A DNA stretch of 49,492 nucleotides from contig NC_068983.1 in NCBI RefSeq assembly GCF_001194135.2, positions 122,219,607-122,269,098 of the forward strand. Direction: 5' to 3'. The stretch's first letter is position 1, and every line of letters begins with the position of its first letter. The notes under the pieces were generated by a model. That model worked only from the letters and a program-made list of their open reading frames with translations. It had not been told where the DNA came from and made no database searches. The position numbers were made by a program, and so were the translations under genes. Source of the stretch: Octopus bimaculoides (lineage: Eukaryota). Shown here one piece after another: positions 22,933 to 34,400 of the stretch.

Positions 22933-25900
22933 CAGTGGCCCAGAACAAAATTTGCTTAGGGGGTGCAAACTCAGTTTCAAAATTTGGCACTACTGGAGAA
23001 GTGTGGATCCGAGTTCTGGGAGTATGCATGTCACAAATTTGCACATGTGCCCGTGTTAGTCGTAAGTAGTCAAATTTAGCACACAGGTAAAAAACGAGAC
23101 GCTCGCTACTTGCTGTAAATGGAGGGTGGGTTATCCATCTAATACAAGAAGAAAATTGCAGATTAATTGAATAAAAACATGAAAAATAACAAAATGACAT
23201 TTCATTGAAAATTAAACCATTCTGAAAGATAGTTCAGAATGTTTTCAAAACATTCATCTCCAGCTTTTCCCNNNNNNNNNNNNNNNNNNNNNNNNNNNNN
23301 NNNNNNNNNNNNNNNNNNNNNNNNNNNNNNNNNNNNNNNNNNNNNNNNNNNNNNNNNNNNNNNNNNNNNNNNNNNNNNNNNNNNNNNNNNNNNNNNNNNN
23401 NNNNNNNNNNNNNNNNNNNNNNNNNNNNNNNNNNNNNNNNNNNNNNNNNNNNNNNNNNNNNNNNNNNNNNNNNNNNNNNNNNNNNNNNNNNNNNNNNNNN
23501 NNNNNNNNNNNNNNNNNNNNNNNNNNNNNNNNNNNNNNNNNNNNNNNNNNNNNNNNNNNNNNNNNNNNNNNNNNNNNNNNNNNNNNNNNNNNNNNNNNNN
23601 NNNNNNNNNNNNNNNNNNNNNNNNNNNNNNNNNNNNNNNNNNNNNNNNNNNNNNNNNNNNNNNNNNNNNNNNNNNNNNNNNNNNNNNNNNNNNNNNNNNN
23701 NNNNNNNNNNNNNNNNNNNNNNNNNNNNNNNNNNNNNNNNNNNNNNNNNNNNNNNNNNNNNNNNNNNNNNNNNNNNNNNNNNNNNNNNNNNNNNNNNNNN
23801 NNNNNNNNNNNNNNNNNNNNNNNNNNNNNNNNNNNNNNNNNNNNNNNNNNNNNNNNNNNNNNNNNNNNNNNNNNNNNNNNNNNNNNNNNNNNNNNNNNNN
23901 NNNNNNNNNNNNNNNNNNNNNNNNNNNNNNNNNNNNNNNNNNNNNNNNNNNNNNNNNNNNNNNNNNNNNNNNNNNNNNNNNNNNNNNNNNNNNNNNNNNN
24001 NNNNNNNNNNNNNNNNNNNNNNNNNNNNNNNNNNNNNNNNNNNNNNNNNNNNNNNNNNNNNNNNNNNNNNNNNNNNNNNNNNNNNNNNNNNNNNNNNNNN
24101 NNNNNNNNNNNNNNNNNNNNNNNNNNNNNNNNNNNNNNNNNNNNNNNNNNNNNNNNNNNNNNNNNNNNNNNNNNNNNNNNNNNNNNNNNNNNNNNNTAAA
24201 TGATTTAGACAAATTTTCCCTTTCCGTCCATAGGCCAGCAAGAAGTTTGATTTGAGATGATAGTAAGAGTAAATCAAAAGAAGCAGGTAGAAGCAGGTGC
24301 ATTTTCAAAGTTAAATACTCCACATTTGACTGCTGACAATAGCAACTCATCTTGCTCAGAGCATACACGTATTCCCTATTGCTGAAACCGGTGAGTCAAT
24401 TCATTTTCGATGACAGCCACTATAGATAAAAATTGCCGATGCCAGTCATCGGTGACAGAAAGAGCAGCTTCTTCAGTAGTTGTGTGCCTAAAGCGCAGTG
24501 ATGTATTTTTAGATCGCGAAATGTTGAGCATTTTCACCAAGTCAGAAGAGGATACTTCATCAAAATATTTTTCAAAAACCTTCTCACTTCTCATTTTTGA
24601 AAGAGAGTTTTTCAACTTTTCAATCAATTTCAAGCAATCACTGGCTGTCGTGCCTGGACGCTGTAAGCTACGTGCCACTGACTCACATACCCCAAATATA
24701 TCCCCAGCGATTTTAATGCCGAATAAAATGGAAGCTTTGCCAGATTGCTTTAGCAGCCCTTTAACAGTAGCCTTTGTTGTTGNNNNNNNNNNNNNNNNNN
24801 NNNNNNNNNNNNNNNNNNNNNNNNNNNNNNNNNNNNNNNNNNNNNNNNNNNNNNNNNNNNNNNNNNNNNNNNNNNNNNNNNNNNNNNNNNNNNNNNNNNN
24901 NNNNNNNNNNNNNNNNNNNNNNNNNNNNNNNNNNNNNNNNNNNNNNNNNNNNNNNNNNNNNNNNNNNNNNNNNNNNNNNNNNNNNNNNNNNNNNNNNNNN
25001 NNNNNNNNNNNNNNNNNNNNNNNNNNNNNNNNNNNNNNNNNNNNNNNNNNNNNNNNNNNNNNNNNNNNNNNNNNNNNNNNNNNNNNNNNNNNNNNNNNNN
25101 NNNNNNNNNNNNNNNNNNNNNNNNNNNNNNNNNNNNNNNNNNNNNNNNNNNNNNNNNNNNNNNNNNNNNNNNNNNNNNNNNNNNNTATCGTATATTTATA
25201 AAGAGGGCAAATTTAGCCATTTCTCCGTAGATTGAAAAAAAAGATGAACAACTTTAATCGATTTCCGAACATTATTGGGTTCTCATCAGAGGCATAGTGG
25301 TTCAAACAAGAAAAATAGAACTTATGTTGAGTCAGTCTCAATAAGTATAGATTTATTCATCAGAGAAAGTCACATAGTGACTGAAGGTTCGAGAGTTTCG
25401 TGCAGAGGCACTTATCAAACTAATTAAATCAACGTTTTCTATATAAAACGAAAAAGCAGGACACTATCGGAAACAGATATGACGCAGATACTATTTTATA
25501 TATAGGCAGGCAGACTTATGGTTAATAATATGACAATTAAGGCAAGATAAAAAAATGAAAGTCGTCTATATATAAGGCATTCTGCCTAAACTACATCTTT
25601 AAGATATGATTTGTTAGTAGTAACGCTCAAAGGAAACTATTTCCTAAGGAACTCAAGAGAAGGATAAAAAGAGCAGATAGAGAGGAATAAAGACAAAAAG
25701 GAAAGTAAAGNNNNNNNNNNNNNNNNNNNNNNNNNNNNNNNNNNNNNNNNNNNNNNNNNNNNNNNNNNNNNNNNNNNNNNNNNNNNNNNNNNNNNNNNNN
25801 NNNNNNNNNNNNNNNNNNNNNNNNNNNNNNNNNNNNNNNNNNNNNNNNNNNNNNNNNNNNNNNNNNNNNNNNNNNNNNNNNNNNNNNNNNNNNNNNNNNN

Positions 25901-26500
25901 NNNNNNNNNNNNNNNNNNNNNNNNNNNNNNNNNNNNNNNNNNNNNNNNNNNNNNNNNNNNNNNNNNNNNNNNNNNNNNNNNNNNNNNNNNNNNNNNNNNN
26001 NNNNNNNNNNNNNNNNNNNNNNNNNNNNNNNNNNNNNNNNNNNNNNNNNNNNNNNNNNNNNNNNNNNNNNNNNNNNNNNNNNNNNNNNNNNNNNNNNNNN
26101 NNNNNNNNNNNNNNNNNNNNNNNNNNNNNNNNNNNNNNNNNNNNNNNNGTTCAAGTAATGCTATATATTCAAAATTAACCATACATGCTGGTTTTGTTGT
26201 TGTTATTGTTGCTGCTACTGTTGTTATTGTCACTTACATTTTTGTATTTTGACGCTACTTGCCTTCAGAACTCCCTAGGGAATTTTATGCTAGCTTCATC
26301 ACTTTTATTTATTTATATATTTATCTTTTTCTTTGTTTTGAAACGAGATCGAACTTCAGCATTTTATACCGATAGATTTTAGACACTTTTTTTCTGCAAC
26401 TGGTAAGATTATGTAGGGGGTGCAAATTTTGATCTTGCACCCCATGAAAATTCTAGGGGGTGCGGGTGCACTCGCTGCACCCCCTGTTCTCGGGCCCTTG
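22933..26500. mobile_element. hAT-superfamily DNA transposon with both termini and an 8-bp TSD (CCCATAAT); about half is N gap
   Basis: CCCATAAT at 22925-22932 and 26501-26508. Imperfect TIRs CAGTGGCCC-AGAAC and (reverse complement) CAAGGGCCCGAGAAC; subterminal GGGGGTGCA motifs at both ends; internal hAT transposase fragments. Confidence 0.88.
24376..24782 (-). pseudogene. hAT (ZMYM1-like) transposase fragment
   Basis: TTKATVKGLLKQSGKASILFGIKIAGDIFGVCESVARSLQRPGTTASDCLKLIEKLKNSLSKMRSEKVFEKYF...IENELTHRF matches the hAT A.GLL...LS..LQ...L...R.E..F...EL..RF pattern. Confidence 0.75.
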
Positions 26501-26649
26501 CCCATAATAGCCACTTTTCCCAGCCCTTCCTTCTTAGAACAATAACTTTTGGAATTCTTGTTCTGTATTTATTTTTCCTGCAGCTACCAGCTTGCAACTG
26601 TTGAATAGGGATAGCTGTGTCAATCTAACCATTCTCATAGAACCTACAG

Positions 26650-27150
26650 AGATCATAGGTAGGGTTTCTTCCTGCACACTAATCCAGTAAAAAAATAAAT
26701 GCCCATTGGGAACCTGTAGGCAACATGTAAGCTGGTGGTTCAGTTAGAACTCTCCATTTCCTTAGAGGACTATATAGTGAAGGTAAATGAAAGGAAGACA
26801 TAAAGAAAATGTTGGGTTGGTAAAGGTAAGTTAAAATGACAGGTGGGAAGCAAGGTGTGAATCCTGTTGAGGTGAGATGCAAAGGGTTTGCAGAGCCTAC
26901 AATGTGCTGAGTATCAGAGGGCCAGTAGGTGGTAGGCCATCAAGTTGACAATGGAGGCAGCAGAGGTTGCTTCAAAATAGCTGTAGGTCAAGAGGTGTGA
27001 GCCGTAGATTAGTAAATGCTCATTGGACATAAGCTGGGATTTGATCAATTCTGGCTGAGTCATATGGATGAGTGTGTTTGATCGCTAAAAGACTCGGTGA
27101 CCTAAGACAACATTATTGATGATGTACCCCCAAAGGTAGAACAAAATTAT
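26650..27150 (-). mobile_element. Possible very old CR1/L2 3' remnant
   Basis: GC-elevated tract whose minus strand resembles the remnant at 22600-22932; motifs barely recognisable. Confidence 0.3.
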
Positions 27151-27231
27151 GCATGAAGAAAACTGGCTGGAACTCCCTCCCAATTAAATAACCTGAACTT
27201 CCTTTGTTGACTTTACTTTTTTACTTTGATA

Positions 27232-27793
27232 GGCACAGGCATAGCTGTGTGGCAAGAAGCTTGCTTCCCAACCACATTGTTCTGAGTTCAGTCCAGCTAC
27301 ATGGCACCTTGGGCAAGTGTCTTCTACTATAGTCTCAGGCTGACCAAAGCCATGTGAATGGATTTGGTAGACAGAAACTGAAGGAAGCCCATTGTATATA
27401 TATCTCAAATTAAATATACAGCCAAAAGAGTTACTAATAGTTTAATGCTATTATGATACTCTAACAGACATATGCCATGTATCTTAAAGCAATCTTTCAG
27501 GTTCTGTTTATGCATTATATATGTATATCGAACAATGAGAATGAGTTGTCAACACCACACAAGTAAAGAATATATATGTATGTGTGTGTATCTTTGTGTC
27601 TCTGTTTATCCCTTGCCATTGCTTGACAACATAACATAGTCTATCAGTCTTTTTTGCCAAACTGCTATCAGTCTTTTTTGCCAAACTGCTAAGTACCAAG
27701 CTTTTAAGAAAATGTCAATTCATTCGACTAAAATTCTTCAAGGTGGTGTCCTAGCATGGCCACGGTCTCATGACTCAAACAAGTAAAAGATAA
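27232..27793 (+). mobile_element. Diverged family-A SINE with about 170 bp inserted in its central TA tract and an internal duplication of about 24 bp
   Basis: Head gctgtgtggcaagaagcttgcttcccaaccac, tail gactcaaacaagtaaaaga; ctatcagtcttttttgccaaactg occurs twice. Confidence 0.8.
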
Positions 27794-28743
27794 AGGTTTG
27801 ATTCTTTGAAATTCTGTTCAGCTTGTTTCACCTTTCTATATATATAGTGAGTAATGACTGACAATTTCCCCTACGTGTGTGTATGCACACAGTCGTATAC
27901 CTGTAGCAACGAAAAAAAAAAAACAATAGCATTTTAAAAGAAATAAGCTGAATTTGGTATTTATTGAATGAATTTAACAATGCACAATCCATATACAGGG
28001 TGTTCCAGAATTAATTATCTGTAGTTAATTGTTGGACTCCCTATATTTAATATAGTTTTATTACAACAACCATATATTGTCTATTCATGTTCTGTTCAAA
28101 GTTTATTAACCAAAAGTTGTATATTTTGTCAATAATTGGTGTTGTATGCACATAAATATCATTATGATGTGTCCTATATATAAAGCTGTTATGGTGAAAC
28201 ATACAAACATTACAGTATGAAAATTTTAATCAGTATCATTCATCCACAGCAATGGGTGAATATATAATTTTAGTTACTTGCAAGCACTTCTAGGCTTCAT
28301 CACTAATTCAATTCTCAACCAAATTGAATGCAGTTTTTTTTTTAGCAATGATGGTCCAATCTTAAAGTTACATTTGGAGATAAAATAATTGAAATTTGGT
28401 TCATTAAAAAAAGTTATGTTAAAATACAGGGGATAAAAAATATGAGAGCAGGGCAAAAACTTGACTTTCAATCAAAATATCTGATATTTTAAAAAGAAAA
28501 ATATAAATTAATTGGATTTAAGAGAATGTGCTCATTGAGACGAATCATTTGGTGGAAACCTTGTTAAAATATATTTGCTACAAAAAAAGTAGTGTGGCTT
28601 TAAGTGATGCAAAAAGTGGTTAGTAACCTCCAAAATTGAATTTGAATCCAAATATCTTAGCTATTGTTAAAGAAAAGTATACCATAGTTGTGTTGAAATA
28701 AAAGTGCTCTATCAGAAGAATCTTATATATATATATAATATAT

Positions 28744-29205
28744 AGGCGTAAGAGTGGCATATATAATATATAGGCATAGGAGTGGCTGAGTGGCATATAT
28801 AATATATAGGCGTAGGAGTAGCTGTGTGGTAAGTAGCTTGCTTACGGACCACATGGTTCCTGGTTTAGTCCCACTGTGTGGCACCTTGGGCAAGTGTCTC
28901 CTACTATAGCCTTGGGCCAACCAAAGCCTTGTGAGTGGATTTGGTAGACAGAAACTGAAAGTTGCCTGTCATATATATGTGTATATATAAATATATATAT
29001 GTGTGTGTGTATATGTTTGCTGTGTTTGTCCCCCCAACATCGCTTGACAACCGATACTAGTGTGTTTAGGTCCCCATAACTTAGCGGTTCGGCAAAAGAG
29101 ACCGATAGAATAAGTACTAGGCTTACAAAGAATAAGTCCTTGGGTTGATTTGCTCAACTAAAGGCGGTGCTCCAGCATGGCTGCAGTCAAATGACTGAAA
29201 CAAGT
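28744..29205 (+). mobile_element. Family-A SINE (full copy from 28808) preceded by two partial copies of its 5' end
   Basis: aggcgtaagagtggc at 28744, aggcataggagtggc at 28772, aggcgtaggagtagctgtgtgg at 28808; body and tail match the other copies. Confidence 0.9.
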
Positions 29206-29681
29206 TGAGTTCTGTTAACCTTGGTGAAGATATTTCACAACAGTATTGAGTGAACCTGTGCGGGCACTGTTTGGTTGCTGTGTACGTAGAGACGTGTTGA
29301 CGTTGTCGACGAAGCTTGTAGTAAACAGTTGAACGGTAGTGTTGATTCTCCAGTAGAGCTGACTCATGTTGTCGCTGAAAACTGGCTGGTTGGTGCTCTG
29401 TGGTCAACGGCTAGACCTCAGAAGGTCTGAAGCCGCAACAATTTCTTTATTGTCTATAAAAGACGAACATAGAGGGGACGAACATGGACACCACAACATA
29501 TAACGTTTGTTACAATGAGATGTTTTTTTTTTATAAAAAATTATATAAATAGAAAATATATAATGAAATCGAAAAATTAAATCATATTTTTGTTACAACT
29601 CCATGCGGGGTTCTAAGCAACCTGCCAGCTGTTTTCACAATTTTTTCTTCTTATTTTTTTTCCTTTTTTTCCCAGAACTGG

Positions 29682-32600
29682 CTACACCAGCTCGACACCT
29701 TCCACTCGCAGACGGATCTTACTCTGCAGGTGATAGCTAAAAAAACTAATCAACCTGCGTCCAGAGATGAATTTACCTGTCTCAATTCCTCTTCCACGCG
29801 TCGTCCATACTGTGTCTTTCAGTATGGCCACTACGCAGTAGAAACTTACCTTGCGTTCCCTGTTAAAGGAGGAAGGTGGTACAATTTTTGTAACCGACTC
29901 AGCCGACAGCTGTACTCTTTCTGTTTCCGCCATGAGCCGTCCGACATAGGCAATCAGCCCCTTTATTTCCTCACAGTCCACGAATGCATGTTGTACAATT
30001 TCACTGTCCCGCATGCACCTCTGGCAAGTAGGAGGGACGCCAAACCCATGCCGTGACTCTCGAACTGGTAAAGCCCCTCGATAGATCAACAAGGCGAGGG
30101 ATTTCTGGAAATTATTCAGGTACCCCGGCCTGAAAGTCCTACCGAAAAGACTAGCTAATTGGTTTTCATCGTAGCCCAGAGTTTCCCCTAGTCCGTCATC
30201 AGACTTAGCCACTACTTACCCGCTATAGAAATCCGAAGTGGTAGCCTCGTTGCCGATATTGCTCGCCCGAGAGAACAGCGTAAGTGCCTGTCTGCACTCC
30301 TTGTGCCATTCACCCATTCGAGGTCTCCGCGTGATCCATGGACCTAAGTCCCGCAGGGAGTCTAATTGTGGAAAGAAGAACTTGACGTGCGGAGACCACA
30401 CCCGTTCATCATCCAGGTAAAGCCAGAGATGTCTCAACTTCTGCGCATCATCAGCCAGGGCATCCCTAACCCACCCTTTAAAGGTTTTTGGCAGCAGATA
30501 GAGCGCCTCACAAGTGGTGGTCTCCCACTCCACAAAAAGCGGAATAGAAGCCGTTCCAACTTGTTCAGCCACAAATTAGGGCAAGGCACGACGGTCAGGC
30601 GGTAGGTTATCACAGATGCAATAAACACTTGCACAACCCCCGCCCTCCCTAACAAGGATAACGTCCTTCCAGACCAGGTCTGGGTCAGGGCAGTCACCTT
30701 GCCTGTGACCTCACTCCAATTTTTCTCTACCTGGAGGTCTGGACCGAAGTAGACCCCGAGCAGTTTAACAGGACCCTCCGTCCAGCGACCCACGACGCTG
30801 TTGGGAGGAGTTGGCTTGCCTCTCCAGGTGCCGAGCTGCAAACCAACTGACTTTTCCTGATTCATTTTTGCACCTGCCACCGTCTCGTATCTTTTGATGG
30901 TGTCTTCTATCAAAGGTAGCTGCCCTTCGTCTGACACGATGATCGTGACATCGTCCGCGTACGCCGTCGCGCTTCTTCTGTAACACAGATCACGAGGATC
31001 ACCCCCAGCCGTCTCCAACCTCCGCAGCAATGGCTCAAGAGCCAGTACGTAGAGAAGCGGAGACAGGGGACAACCTTGTCAAACCGAACGCTCAATCGGA
31101 AACGGCTTTGAGAAGAAACTGTTCACCCGGACCACAGACTCGATGTTGCTATACATTGCGTTGATCCAGCTTCGAAAGTTCGGCCCTAGTCCAGCAGCCG
31201 CTAGGACAGCCTCCAGGTACCGATGGTCTACCCTATCAAATGCCTTAGACTGGTCCAAATTCACCAGTGCACTGCCCTTGCCAGAAACTTTACTAACCCG
31301 ATCTAAGGTGTAGCGTATAAGGTGAAGGTTCTTCCAGGGATGGCACAGGTTTGTGCCTCCCCTACAAGGTCGCCCACGACAACCCTAACTCTCTTGGCTA
31401 ACACCTTGGCCAAAATCTTTAACTCTGTATTTAACAGATATATCGGCCGAGTTATCTTTCCTGACTAGTGTCACAACTCCCCGGCTCACAGATTTGGGAA
31501 TTCTCCCATTCTGCTGCCAGTTCGCATACACACCAGCCAGTATTTCCCCGAACAAGTCTGGCATACTTCTATAAAATTCGTAAGGTAAGCCATCAAGTCC
31601 CGGAGACTTATCCGCGGGGTACTCGGAAAGCACCTCCTTAACCTCCGCAGCTGTGATCGGCCCTTCGCAACGCTCAGCATCACGTGCCGCGATTCGCGGT
31701 CCACCGGCCAGGAAATCCCGTAAGGCATCCCTGTGATCCGGTGTCCCGCTCCTCGCAAACAACGCGGCAAAGTGCTCTCGAAAGGCCTCACACGTCTCGT
31801 CCTGTCCTTGGACTGAACGTCCCTGTTCATCAACCAAAGACTTTATTGTGGATTCGTCACCATGCTGAGTTTCCACCGAGCGAGCCCACCTGGCAACGTT
31901 GATACCCTCACAGCCCAATGCATGAATTTTAGCCCGAACCCTGCATCCCTCGTGTTTGGCATTGAGGTGTCAGTTGAGGACCTATCTCGCCACCAGCACT
32001 TGGGGTGTAGAGCCCACACTCAACGCCTCTTCTAAATCCTTAATTAAACGCCCTTCTACCCTACTCTGCTCTAGACTTAACTGTTTGCTAAATCTAAGAT
32101 ATTCAAAGCGAATGGCTCTATTGAGGGCAAGCCACCATCGGTTATTCAACACGGTGCTGGTCAATGCCCTCTTCACTAACAGCCTAATCTGGTCCTGGTA
32201 TGTTTTACAAGCCAAAAGGGACTTGTTCAACTTCCAGTAGCCAGATCCTTGTCTATGTGCATCTTACATGTCACTAATTTGTGATCCGTGTAGGATACAT
32301 AGGTAAATTGTGGACAGCTAAAGCTAGTCCTATCTCTAATATTAACTAAAATTCTATCTATGTAAGACCACAGTGATCCGTCGTTATTACTCCAAGTCCA
32401 CATTGGAAGGCTGGGATAATCCAGTCTGAATCGATCTGCCAGCCTATATCGCTTAAGCAGATCGACAAGGCGAGAGTAACTTGTCCTATTAGTCGAGCCA
32501 ACACTGTCCTTACATGCGTCTAGGATAGCATTAAAATCTCCTAATACTACGATTGTCTTCGACGTCACTAGAAAATTCTCCAAACGTCGATAAAAGTCAT

Positions 32601-32958
32601 TCCGTTTGCCTACGGTGGTAGGCGCGTAAATGTCAATTAACCTGAAAACTTTACCACCAAATGTTAGATCCAGAACGACCAGCTCGCCTTCTGGGTCAGC
32701 AAAAATTATACGTTTCTGCAAATCCAAGTTTTTCCGGAGCAAAACTACTACCCCTCCCCGTTCACCGGTTTGCCTAGGAGACATAACTTTCTCATAGCCA
32801 TTCAGGAGGGACGAGAAGAACTGCAGCTTGTCCAACTTGGTCTCTGTAGCGACCATCACATCTATTCTATGTGACCTGAAGTCATTGAGGAAACAAGCCT
32901 GCTTCCACTTCGAACCCAGGCCACGTACATTTAAACAGCCTATATTGAGTGTAGCCAT
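29682..32958 (-). pseudogene. Tx1/L1 ORF2 (APE endonuclease, RT, CCHC zinc finger) broken by frameshifts and stops
   Basis: LNVRGL, IVVLGDFN, SYIDRIL, YTDHKLV (EN); KSPGLDG, LDQSKAFDRVDH, (R>*)QGCPLSP, AYADDV (RT); CQRC...HAFVDC. The TGA at 31079-31081 is consistent with CGA>TGA CpG decay. Confidence 0.92.
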
Positions 32959-32996
32959 CTCTCAAAAGAAAAGGACGGTAAAAAAACAGCTTACCT

Positions 32997-33418
32997 TTAC
33001 AAAGGTATATGCCTGGGAGTGACTGATTTAATCTCGCCACCCTCTTCTAGGCTTGGTTCAACCGGCGGATTGACTAGTTTTGGGAGTGACCCCAGCTCCG
33101 CAATGTCTTTTGGGTGTAGCTTTTTCATGTCCATATATAATGTTCGAGCGATTCTTCCGTAAGTCAGCGGTCCTTCTTCGACATTACTCCGGAAGATCTT
33201 TGTTTGTTGGTGGGGCACAATCACACCTGCCAAGTAAGTGTTAGTGTTTCTAAACACTACTGTCACCATTTCAGGGTATTTCTTTTCAAACAACATTACT
33301 GGCCTATACCAGCCCGCCTCTTTGATTTCCTTTATTTTCTCCCTCGCTGTGGCCTTTCTGGCCGCCTTTGGAATTTTCTTTTCCTTTTTTGGGAGGGGTT
33401 TATCCTTCTCCGGAGTTA
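32997..33418 (-). pseudogene. C-terminal part of Tx1/L1 ORF1 (Lys-rich: VTPEKDKPLPKKEKKIPKAARKATAREKIKEIKEAGWYRPVMLFEKK...)
   Basis: Frame is open from the 5' junction to the stop at 32997, 38 bp before the ORF2 ATG. Called from position only; no recognised domain. Confidence 0.6.
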
Positions 33419-33429
33419 CTGAAGCCGCA

Positions 33430-33585
33430 ACAAACTGGTGTAGATGAAGCAGGCTATTTTATAGGAAAAGATCGGCTCCAGGGGGCATCAGAAAACACTC
33501 TCTCACGTGACCTTATCAGAAAGCCACGATTGGTTGGCATTCACCCTGGCGCGAAACAGAACCAGAGACAAATAACTGCCAATCA
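33430..33585 (-). promoter_or_regulatory. Pol II promoter-like cassette inside the solo LTR (CCAAT x2, CACGTG, TATAAAA, Inr-like CAGTT)
   Basis: CCAAT 33579-33583 (+), CCAAT 33529-33533 (-), CACGTG 33504-33509, TATAAAA 33463-33457 (-), and CAGTT with its A at 33436, 27 nt downstream of the TATA. Confidence 0.55.
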
Positions 33586-33695
33586 GGGTGATGGACACAG
33601 CAGGGTCCAAGGTGCGGCCAAAGGCCAGCTGTTACCCGCTACGTCCGCATTTACAAATATACAACCGGGAGAGAAGCTTCGCTACAGTATCAACG

Positions 33696-34400
33696 AGTTC
33701 AAAGATCTGCAGAAAATAGCTTCAATTGATTCTCACAAAACCCTGCATGCAAGTTGCACTAGATGGCTGTCTCTCAAGCAAGTTGTGCAGCGCATTTTAG
33801 AGCAGTGGCCAACACTGCTGGCATCTTTCACACAAGCATCATTAGAGGGTGGGTGTCCGATTACGGCTCGACGAATTCTCACTGAAATGAAGAATCCTCT
33901 TACAAAGATGTATTTAGCATTTCTCTCTTTCATTTTAAACGACGTTAACAAACTTAATCTGGAATTCCAGGCTGAAGGCTTTCGGATGCATAAGCTTAAA
34001 AGAGCCATCAACGCTGGAATGAAGGGAATTTTGAGCAATTTCATCAGACCTGACTTACTTTATATCATCAATGTGTGTGAGGTTAATGTCAATGATACAA
34101 CGACACACCAACCGTTAGATTATATCTACTTTGGCGCTGTAGCTGAGAGAATTTCATATGAAAATGCTACCACCATTGCCCCTGATGAATTGTTTTCGAC
34201 CGTGTGACACGATTAAATAAAAGGAGTCCTCTGTTTTTTCCATTCGTCACCAATTTTCCTTTTATGAGTTCGCACGGTTGTTCTTACACATACATTACAA
34301 GTGTTCTATGAAGAGAACATAAGATTGCTGCATAATTCAACATGAATGTGAAACGACATTAAGACAAGAAGTGCGACGGGCCACAATCGTGGCTCAGATA
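33696..34400 (+). mobile_element. hAT transposase remnant
   Basis: EFKDLQKIASIDSHKTLHASCTRWLSLKQVVQRILEQW...YLAFLSFILNDVNKLNLEFQAE, containing the hAT TRWLS motif and N..FQ motif. Confidence 0.85.

Larger units (their letters stand above)
29442..33418 (-). mobile_element. Tx1/L1-clade non-LTR retrotransposon, 5'-truncated in ORF1, with a 15-bp TSD
   Basis: CTGAAGCCGCAACAA at 29427-29441 and 33419-33433; AATAAA (minus strand, 29446-29451) at the 3' end; EN-RT-zinc finger ORF2. Confidence 0.93.
29213..33695 (-). mobile_element. Solo LTR (about 490 bp, BEL/Pao-like termini) split by a Tx1/L1 insertion; LTR parts are 29213-29441 and 33419-33695
   Basis: AGTTC at 29208-29212 and 33696-33700 (5-bp TSD). 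Termini TGTTAACC... and ...TATCAACG (TGTT...AACA type, last base mutated); internal TATA and CCAAT motifs. Confidence 0.65.

Noticed and set aside
23202-26233. Long ORFs containing X runs (also 43079-43660 and 47093-47383)
   Set aside because: N gaps read through as codons.
29214-29370. Short minus-strand ORF (MSQLYWRIN...) downstream of the TATA promoter as a host gene
   Set aside because: About 50 codons with no motif, lying wholly inside the TSD-bounded LTR-like unit.
33368-34207. 279-aa plus-strand ORF as a novel gene or domesticated transposase
   Set aside because: It is a chimera: the N-terminal ~110 codons run through antisense L1 ORF1 and the solo LTR, and only the part from 33696 is hAT. 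It lacks the N-terminal catalytic region.
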